This document shows positions 26,201-32,000 of a stretch of DNA of 32,000 bases, one piece after another. The position numbers and the translations under genes are program-made. Each line of letters opens with the position of its first letter. Position 1 is the stretch's first letter. The stretch comes from an uncultured Lentisphaeria bacterium. GTDB lineage: Bacteria; Verrucomicrobiota; Lentisphaeria; JABSQK01; JAJFLO01. The notes below the pieces were generated by a model. It searched no databases, had not been told where the DNA came from, and saw only the letters and a list, made by a program, of their open reading frames with translations. The stretch covers positions 240,001-272,000 of the forward strand of contig OX638337.1 in the NCBI GenBank assembly GCA_951812855.1, in the 5' to 3' direction.

Positions 26201-28706
26201 GTTCCGAGTCTGCAATTCCATCGAATGCAGTCACTTCACATGTCCATACACCTTTTTTGACATCGGCACTGTTAATACCTGCCTCAGTGGTTGTGCTGCT
26301 TAGAACTGTATGTTCTTTTATAACCACATTTCCTTCGGTTGTTGTATCTGTCTTTCCACCAAAATTCAGCGTTCGTTTCCAGGTAAACTTGTACTGCTTT
26401 TTACCCCCTATTGCGTCTTTATCAAAATCAGCTGTTCCATCCGGCGATCCAACAGGCAGAATATCTGTATCATCAGGTGTAACGGTCGCAGTCAATACTG
26501 CACCGGCAAAAGCCGGGTCAGGGTTAGAGGAAACAACGACCGCTTTGGGTCGATGCGGTGCCTGATTTTCCAGGTAACGGACACTTATATTTTGTGAATC
26601 TCCTTCTCCGTCAACCTCATCGATGGCTGAATACGTAAAAACTTCTTTCGCCGTTATTTCGCTGGCAACAGTTGCAACTTTGAAATAAATCACAGCAGTG
26701 TCTGATGAAGCGGTAATTGTTGTATCCACTGAATCAATTGCCGTCGTTGTCGCAGCTGAATCTTCCCATAATGTCCCGACAGTGTCTGTTGGCAGAGTCT
26801 TAATTTTGTACTCTTTAATCGAATCATTATCATCATCTTTAGCTGACAGAGTGATTTCAAAAATCTGCGGATCGGGTACCTCCGGCGGCGTCTGTGGTTT
26901 TGTAAAAACGACATCTATTTCGTTCGCGACAGGTGCTGTGTTGGCAATCTCAACCGGTGCGGACGTTACCGGTGCACTTGTATCTGTATCATCTTTTGCA
27001 GTGACAACAACCTGAAACTGATCTCCGCGATCAAATTTTGTCTTGCTTCCAGCTAATTCCGAGAAAGTCAATGTTTTATTGGTCGCACCTGCAATAGGAC
27101 CGAACGCTCCAGTACCAATTTTCTGATGCCATTGATATTGAAATACAGGTGCTTTTGCACCAACATCGATTCCCTCATCAAAATCCTGATCGACAATTGT
27201 TAAACCAGTCGCTGTCAATGTACTGTTAAATTTAGGTGACGCAGGGGCAATTGTAAGCGGAGTTGTCTGATCCAGCGTTGGTGCAATATTTCCAATTTTA
27301 TTTGAGAGCACTGCCTCGACAAAATCACTTTCCCCGCTTGCATTCGTTGCCCTTACCAGAAGTTTTATCGTCTCGCCTTTTTTAAACTTTGAACTGGCAA
27401 GGTCTGCTATAGTACTGATTGTATAAACCCTATCGCTGCCGGTACCATCTGCTGTTCCCGCAACATCTGTTCCTGCTGCTCTGGGAATATCTCCGAAGGC
27501 ATTTGCCCATTTCCAGTCAAAGGTTATCGCTTCCTGACGGTCATCCGGATCGAATGCAGTAACCAAAGCTGGAGCGATAACATTATCGTTTGTATTACTG
27601 CCTCCCGATATCGTAAAGGCTTCTATCTGAGGCGGCTTATTCGGAAGGACATTAAACGCCCATTGTGCTGCTTGTTGTAATCCGGCAGTACCTGAATCAT
27701 TCCCGAAAATCTGCAACAGATAGACGTTTCCCTGAGGTTGATCCGCCGGTATAAAATCAGCAGGGATTTTCCAATTAAACTCGATCGTAACCTTATTCGT
27801 TACCGAAGTATTGATATTAACGTTGAATGTGTGTTCAAATTTACCTTGAGTCAGAGTCTTGTCATAAGAAGTAACTTTCAGATTAATCGGAACGATACCA
27901 TTTGTACCCCCTCGAAAAGATGGTGTTAAATCTTCCGTAATCGTTTCAGGCGTGTAAGCAGTTCCAGTTCCATCGCCCTGAGCTTTAACAACTCGAAATG
28001 ATACATCGTTTACATCAGCTTTAACTGGAACACCTAAACCAGTAAATGTTGTAATAAACTGTGAAGTGGCAGCACCATTGCTAAACTGATTTGCCAAGGC
28101 AGCTTTTGCAATATTTAGCTGTGATGCAGCAGGACTGTCTAAACTGACTGCAATAGAAGGAGATGCTGTTAATTTTACAGTAATCTGCTTAGGTTTTTGA
28201 TTTCTTGCAAATCCACCATAAGTAGGTTTTGCAACTAGCGTTATCAATGCATCACCATTAAAACCTGAAGGGACATCCACCGTAAATAGAAATATTTTTG
28301 TATTTCCATCGTCAGGATTGAAATTCTTTATGTAAGCTCCACCAGCTCTACGGGACGTATCATTATGAGGAAATTTCTCAAAAGTTTCAGGTTCAAGATG
28401 AAACTCTTTTCTTTTTGGCACCCATGAAAATGTATCTTTCCCCCATTCTTTTGGAAAAAAGAGATCAAAAGCAAAATTTTCGGGTTTATCAGTCGAATTA
28501 TAATCTATGGTAAACGCTATATTAATATCTGAACCTGCAGAGTAGGTAAATGGTTCTTCAGGTAATGTATTTGAAACTGCCCCAGTATAGGCTGACAATT
28601 TTGATGTAAACGTTGATTGAGAATATCCATTTTGAACAATGCCAAATGAACAGGTCATTGTTAACATAAAAATGAAGATGTTATTTTTTCTTATATTCAT
28701 AGCCAA
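23244..28706 (-). CDS. Giant secreted repeat protein (Ig/cadherin-like, FN3-like and four 'W-module' repeats)
   Basis: 1820 aa in the ORF track, from a TTG at 28706. An ATG at 28700 sits 11 nt after AAGGAG, the same spacing as the upstream gene, and is the likelier start. The signal peptide is ...IFIFMLTMTCSFGIVQNGYS|QS. Three cadherin-like repeats occur (e.g. ...FDFWVRDGSGGISTTKQTVTIDVDPVNDKP). An FN3-like unit reads VVRLEWDKVDKAADYSVFV...GQYRWHV. Confidence 0.9.
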   Translation of the reverse strand: MAMNIRKNNIFIFMLTMTCSFGIVQNGYSQSTFTSKLSAYTGAVSNTLPEEPFTYSAGSDINIAFTIDYNSTDKPENFAFDLFFPKEWGKDTFSWVPKRKEFHLEPETFEKFPHNDTSRRAGGAYIKNFNPDDGNTKIFLFTVDVPSGFNGDALITLVAKPTYGGFARNQKPKQITVKLTASPSIAVSLDSPAASQLNIAKAALANQFSNGAATSQFITTFTGLGVPVKADVNDVSFRVVKAQGDGTGTAYTPETITEDLTPSFRGGTNGIVPINLKVTSYDKTLTQGKFEHTFNVNINTSVTNKVTIEFNWKIPADFIPADQPQGNVYLLQIFGNDSGTAGLQQAAQWAFNVLPNKPPQIEAFTISGGSNTNDNVIAPALVTAFDPDDRQEAITFDWKWANAFGDIPRAAGTDVAGTADGTGSDRVYTISTIADLASSKFKKGETIKLLVRATNASGESDFVEAVLSNKIGNIAPTLDQTTPLTIAPASPKFNSTLTATGLTIVDQDFDEGIDVGAKAPVFQYQWHQKIGTGAFGPIAGATNKTLTFSELAGSKTKFDRGDQFQVVVTAKDDTDTSAPVTSAPVEIANTAPVANEIDVVFTKPQTPPEVPDPQIFEITLSAKDDDNDSIKEYKIKTLPTDTVGTLWEDSAATTTAIDSVDTTITASSDTAVIYFKVATVASEITAKEVFTYSAIDEVDGEGDSQNISVRYLENQAPHRPKAVVVSSNPDPAFAGAVLTATVTPDDTDILPVGSPDGTADFDKDAIGGKKQYKFTWKRTLNFGGKTDTTTEGNVVIKEHTVLSSTTTEAGINSADVKKGVWTCEVTAFDGIADSEPRSGQKTVLNSVPTISGSVSLTPDPAFRASKINVDLTQAIPADADSEDDLQPNTAGDLAIVWFVNDVETSDGDADDTEFDGQFEKGDVVKVRVRAKDGENAESIASQDLTKSITISNTLPTASKPSSAVTAEEDTEKKISVTLGDTKTPSSTDIFVNDDDPTDNLLTALSIVSSATGDPFPITTAKGGTITLTITLERTDLKYKPVKNFNGTGENADSFDFWVRDGSGGISTTKQTVTIDVDPVNDKPSVSDVSGSVGRQNEANTLSIPVKLKGTDPDDIGGAIASFEIKELPAANLGVLKTAATGGADIVIGTNSTITAVDNEAEVWFFPTLSDPPPNGRAEFTFFATDNGMDNGAAVKAAKSNDGTARIAVGTPPWFPFIDIKDFDSVPESIDENTYFAGKVYKVLIELESEDENFQTVLNTTIKTSAAKKSVSPIDYLQANVNGLKPSCVDATPADGACDDPKSIAFGSKYVVSVSKFNGESMMFEAVGKQRKELDVDSYADASATIPATFTTAVTTPDIPIGSDNPFGANDNQNFIFNLGNSSGYTIAVKSLATNNILQYDQILQPDAEGVIAIDGEFTELDVFVEGGGDFEWSITPRNPKGDGTAVTGKFNIATAVTVTAAPSGVDENSMKPGIAQPDTTNPGFLVGTASANNEAVVRLEWDKVDKAADYSVFVATAGGMAINLTNNGATNGNRFFNVSLKPGQYRWHVITKNSIGFNDIWSPPRYFQIEPELATAVPILADISLKTKPEVGDTQIIIKTEWIVVEAEKVLVSLINSTTEKSYTAEFADNQSNEITITSTLAGFNIAEKDVTYLVKVTPIHVKRDAGNSITGEEKLDADARIKSYIPKPKPDQTGHELNELSIAPVDVDTTDGQSFDSIDVSGFGTNSLIPTNLVFEASIRRFGDTKTDGFVTQTLNSPLAVVPKNIGVVNADTLRLELTDIFQQPLLANKTITIVKIRVRGTTATVNGPWSRQFFFVVK

Positions 28707-28764
28707 GTGTACTCCTTTATTTTTTTAATATTCTACAGATTTTATTTGAATAATAGCCGTTATG

Positions 28765-31002
28765 TTATTTTAATTTAAAACCATCACTATTTGGAGGGGG
28801 ATTTAAGTCAAGTTCAAAGCCATTAGCTGACTTAAATAAAGCGATTATCCTGGCCAATTCACTCGTACCTATTTTCCAATCTTGCCCTGCTTCCTCCGAA
28901 AAGTCAGTTGTATCAGGCTTTAGAAAGTCTCCACTATGGAATCTCTCAGCCGGTCTCTTTTGGGTTCCTGCCCGAAATCCATCACTCTCTGCCGGGGGGT
29001 TTGGGTCAACTTCAAATCCATTTTGCATTTTGAATAATGCAATTATTCTTGCTAACTCCGAAGTCCCAATCTTAGAATCTTTGCCTGGTTCTTCAGAAAA
29101 CTCAGTTACATCGGGTTTTAAAAAGTCAGCACTATGAGCACTATGAGCACTATGCCCTAATGTTTTAACGGATTGAAATCCGGTATTTGGGATTAATGCG
29201 ATTATTTCGTCGTCAGTAACTGAATCATCAGGATCGAATTCCGCCCTGGAATTTACAAAACCCGTTGCTTCTTTAGGTCCGGTCATTTCAGTTGTTTTTA
29301 ATAGCAGATCATCCTCGGGACCAACGATACGATAGGTTACAGAAAATTTATTTTTCAGGTCAGCAGGATTGGTTTTCCATGATAATTTAATTTTTCGATT
29401 CACTCCATTTCCTTTTATCTCAGGAAGATAAGAAGCATCTGGTAAAGCACTGATACTCAATATTTCACTCTCTGCAGCTGAATCGTATCCTGTAACAGGA
29501 ATATACCAAAAACCTTTGAAATCTGAGGGCAGCGTCTCTTCAAGAACAAATTTGGTCAAGTCCGTAACAACTGAGGTGTCGATCGTGAAATTTAAGGTAA
29601 CGGTCAAGCCTAAACCGGTTGTTTCATCATGTGTATATGACCCGCTTCCATCAGCGTCATGATAAAGCAGTCCGGAAACTCCGGTTACACTTCCATTATC
29701 TGCAGTATCCCAGCCGTCGCCGCCATCATAGATTTGAATATCGCCGGTGTCATATTTACCGTCGGCGTTTACGTCCTGCCAAATATCTTCACCCGGAGAA
29801 TAACCAGAAGGACTTATGTCGTTATACAAAATACCTGTCGTAATTCCCGGCACTGAGTCCGTTTGAAACCCATTTGAAAAATCAGTATCATCCGGCGATC
29901 CATCAAACACTTTAGTATCAACGCCATCGTCGTACTGATTCGCTGTGCCAGTATTTACATCAACCCAGATATCCTCACCTTCTCCGGCTTTTGCAATCGT
30001 TTTATCCAATGTTCTTTCGACCTTCAAACCTGATTTAAATACGGTAACGGTAACTGTACCGGGATCACTTGTTAATGGGGCTTTCGGATGATTATCTTTG
30101 ATTCTATATTGAAATGTCCCCTCAAATTTATCTTTAGAATTATCAGTAAACGTTTTATTTGTCAGCTCAGGTGCAGGCGTAAACTCGAGGGTTTCGCTCC
30201 CGAAAGATTTTGATAATGATCCCAGGGTAACAGACGTTTCCAAACTATCGTCGACAACCGTAGCCGGGAAACTGTCATCAACAATTGAAATCGTTTGACC
30301 AGTATCTGTTTCAATATCATTCTCAGTTACACTGATTGTAAATGGTGACGTTGTTGATTGTAAATACAGGTGGTTTTCGGGATCATCAACGGCAATAGGC
30401 TTTGCGTTATCGACGGCCATAATGATTTGAACTGTTTTGAACCCGGATGAATCGGCAGCAAATTTGTATTGTGCTTTAGTCTTACTGGTAATTGTAACGT
30501 TACCGCCTGCAACGGGATTTTGTAAATTGACTAAAACAGTCCCATTTATATCACGCACCTCAAATTTACTAAAACCATCTGTGTTTGATCCTCCAATAAT
30601 GCTATTGGTTTTGCTTGCTTCGAACACCGCCCCTCCAGCCTGCAGCAGTTCCGGATTCCATTCCAAAACAATACCGGCGGTTGTATCACGAAATACCAGA
30701 TCGAGTAAATATGAGGCACTTGACGATATCGGTCTAAAATCTCTGGCAGATGCAACAGTTCCAATCCTGAATGAAGCAGCGTTTTTACTAATGGGTCCCA
30801 GGGGAGGTTGAATTTCTTTGCTGTCAATTGCATCAAGACCAGGCTCAGCAGTTGAGTCCATACCGATAGCATAAGAAGCTTCAGCAAAAGCGGTTTGAGT
30901 CAGTTTAAATGGAAAAATTATTTCGGGATCCTGTGCCTGAAGGGATGGCATGGCTGCTAAAATAAATATTAACACAAAAGAATGAAGGATTTTTCGGCTC
31001 AT
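28765..31002 (-). CDS. Secreted protein with a cadherin-like repeat, Asp-rich Ca-binding-like loops and a C-terminal twin EF-hand/dockerin-like repeat
   Basis: 745 aa with signal peptide MSRKILHSFVLIFILAAMPSLQA|QD and AAGGAG 11 nt before the ATG. KPIAVDDPE...TFQYRIKDN...GTVTVTV forms a cadherin-like unit. GEDIW[VQ]DVN... loops are duplicated. Two 55-aa C-terminal repeats are present. Confidence 0.9.
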   Translation of the reverse strand: MSRKILHSFVLIFILAAMPSLQAQDPEIIFPFKLTQTAFAEASYAIGMDSTAEPGLDAIDSKEIQPPLGPISKNAASFRIGTVASARDFRPISSSASYLLDLVFRDTTAGIVLEWNPELLQAGGAVFEASKTNSIIGGSNTDGFSKFEVRDINGTVLVNLQNPVAGGNVTITSKTKAQYKFAADSSGFKTVQIIMAVDNAKPIAVDDPENHLYLQSTTSPFTISVTENDIETDTGQTISIVDDSFPATVVDDSLETSVTLGSLSKSFGSETLEFTPAPELTNKTFTDNSKDKFEGTFQYRIKDNHPKAPLTSDPGTVTVTVFKSGLKVERTLDKTIAKAGEGEDIWVDVNTGTANQYDDGVDTKVFDGSPDDTDFSNGFQTDSVPGITTGILYNDISPSGYSPGEDIWQDVNADGKYDTGDIQIYDGGDGWDTADNGSVTGVSGLLYHDADGSGSYTHDETTGLGLTVTLNFTIDTSVVTDLTKFVLEETLPSDFKGFWYIPVTGYDSAAESEILSISALPDASYLPEIKGNGVNRKIKLSWKTNPADLKNKFSVTYRIVGPEDDLLLKTTEMTGPKEATGFVNSRAEFDPDDSVTDDEIIALIPNTGFQSVKTLGHSAHSAHSADFLKPDVTEFSEEPGKDSKIGTSELARIIALFKMQNGFEVDPNPPAESDGFRAGTQKRPAERFHSGDFLKPDTTDFSEEAGQDWKIGTSELARIIALFKSANGFELDLNPPPNSDGFKLK
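28768..29130 (-). repeat. Two 55-aa protein-level tandem repeats (28966-29130 and 28768-28932) separated by an 11-aa linker
   Basis: R1 is ADFLKPDVTEFSEEPGKDSKIGTSELARIIALFKMQNGFEVDPNPPAESDGFRAG. R2 is GDFLKPDTTDFSEEAGQDWKIGTSELARIIALFKSANGFELDLNPPPNSDGFKLK. The DNA copies are strongly diverged. Confidence 0.9.
29131..29157 (-). repeat. 9-bp in-frame tandem repeat (CATAGTGCT x2 plus a partial copy CATAGT) encoding HSAHSAHS
   Basis: The plus strand reads actatgagc actatgagc actatgccc, which on the minus strand gives GGG CAT AGT GCT CAT AGT GCT CAT AGT. It lies immediately 5' of repeat R1. Confidence 0.85.
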
Positions 31003-31440
31003 TTTAAGTTTAACTCCTTAGGAAATTTTGGATACAGCGAATTCTGAATTGTAGGAATTAGATTAATATTTGAGTTTGAGAATAAAACACAAGTACTGTT
31101 TTATAAGAAATAGAAACAAAAAAATATTCAATCCAGAAGGCAACAACTTAAAGCAATGCTTTGTTCATTTTAAAGGCTCTTGCAAATATATTCAGAAATT
31201 CATCCCTGAAAACTGAATTTAAAAGATCAAACATCCAGTATGCATTGAGTGAAATCTGATCAGTTTTAAAACATAGCCTGAAATACGAACTCGTCAATCA
31301 GTGAATTACATTTCCATCTTAAATTCCGGTAAATAGTCATATTCGCACCAAAATACTGATTCTACTTTAACGATCGCCGGAAGACTGTCTGATCAAAAAG
31401 ACTTAGAATTTTCATTTCCATCTTGACCAGAACGCCAAGA

Positions 31441-31640
31441 AAGCTGATAGTGGAGCAGTAGTATTAATAATTGAATAAGAGGAGAATCCGGTGAAATTCC
31501 GGAACGGTCGCGCCGCTGTAATCAGGAATGACTGCTGCAATATACCACTGTTCTTAGACATAAAGGATGGGAAGGTGCAGCAGTATGATACCTGAAAGTC
31601 AGAATAACCTCATATATACGAGTGTGTTCCGCGTAAGAGA
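31441..31640 (+). promoter_or_regulatory. Cobalamin (B12) riboswitch aptamer
   Basis: Conserved blocks appear in the right order: AAGAGGAGAATCCGGTGAAATTCCGG, CGCCGCTGTAA, the B12 box ACCACTG, GGGAAGG, and AGTCAGAATAACCT. It lies upstream of a TonB-dependent receptor, a classic context. Confidence 0.85.
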
Positions 31641-31720
31641 TACTTGGCTGAATCATTTTGATTTAAAAAATTGGAAACTATAGCTGAATATTTTTATCAG
31701 CTTTTGATTAAGATTATCAG

Positions 31721-31757
31721 CCGGTATTTCTTGTACATTGAAATACCGGTTTTTTTT
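31721..31757 (+). terminator. Intrinsic terminator, likely the riboswitch expression platform
   Basis: A perfect 10-bp stem, CCGGTATTTC (31721-31730) with GAAATACCGG (31740-31749), has a 9-nt loop and is followed by T8 (31750-31757). It lies between the aptamer and the downstream start codon. Confidence 0.8.
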
Positions 31758-31860
31758 ATTTTTGTCGCGTCAACAAGAATAAAACCCCGGACGTGGACCT
31801 TTTGTATATGATACTCATATCACATGAACATTAATCATAAAACAGAAGGATTCGGTCACG

Positions 31861-32000
31861 ATGAGATATACTGAATTTTTAGGATATTCTCTTGCATTGC
31901 TCGTAATAGTATCTCAAATAAACCAAACAATGGGCGATGACGACATTTTCCAACTTGAGGACGTTGTTGTCAGTGCAAATCGAAATCCTGTATCCGTTCG
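31861..32000 (+). CDS. TonB-dependent receptor, BtuB-like (5' part only, runs off the right edge)
   Basis: The sequence is MRYTEFLGYSLALLVIVSQINQTMGDDDIFQLEDVVVSANRNPVSV. It has a signal peptide followed by a TonB-box/plug start (L-E-D-V-V-V-S-A-N-R) typical of TBDTs. AAGGA lies 9 nt upstream, and the gene is riboswitch-controlled. Confidence 0.7.
   Translation, partial: MRYTEFLGYSLALLVIVSQINQTMGDDDIFQLEDVVVSANRNPVSV

Noticed and set aside
29623-29985. RTX / type I secretion substrate interpretation of the Asp/Gly-rich region
   Set aside because: There are no GGxGxDxUx nonapeptide arrays, the protein has a classical N-terminal signal peptide, and no ABC/MFP/TolC genes are in the window.
1-32000. 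Search for CRISPR arrays, tRNA/rRNA genes, integrase or att sites, and toxin-antitoxin or defence-type gene pairs
   Set aside because: I saw no regularly spaced direct repeats, no cloverleaf-like GC-rich segments in the intergenic regions, and no small paired ORFs or nuclease/ATPase motifs. The only mobile-element trace is the transposase relic at the left edge.

Overview
AT-rich segment of a diderm bacterial chromosome with two different halves. (1) 1615-17216 is an unbroken plus-strand run of housekeeping genes. It holds yceD-plsX-fabH-fabG-acpP-fabF (no rpmF or fabD in the usual slots), a LysM lipoprotein, and pgpH-ybeY-corC. It continues with an animal-type (GAD/CSAD-like) group II PLP decarboxylase, a long PRPP synthetase and a PPi-dependent phosphofructokinase. 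The left edge carries a membrane-anchored alpha/beta hydrolase and a start-less transposase relic. (2) 17306-31002 is a 13.7-kb minus-strand block of four signal-peptide proteins: 745 aa, 1820 aa, a 333-aa outer-membrane beta-barrel, and 1510 aa. They are built from PD40 propeller blades, cadherin/Ig-like repeats, Asp-rich Ca-binding-like loops and three repeat-module types I cannot assign to a named family. I recognise no enzyme, secretion-system or anchoring signature, so this is the best candidate for an undescribed cell-surface system. The function is inferred, not shown. (3) The right edge has a cobalamin riboswitch, its terminator, and the start of a TonB-dependent receptor. I found no rRNA, tRNA, CRISPR array or intact mobile element. 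All calls rest on reading motifs by eye; no database search was run.
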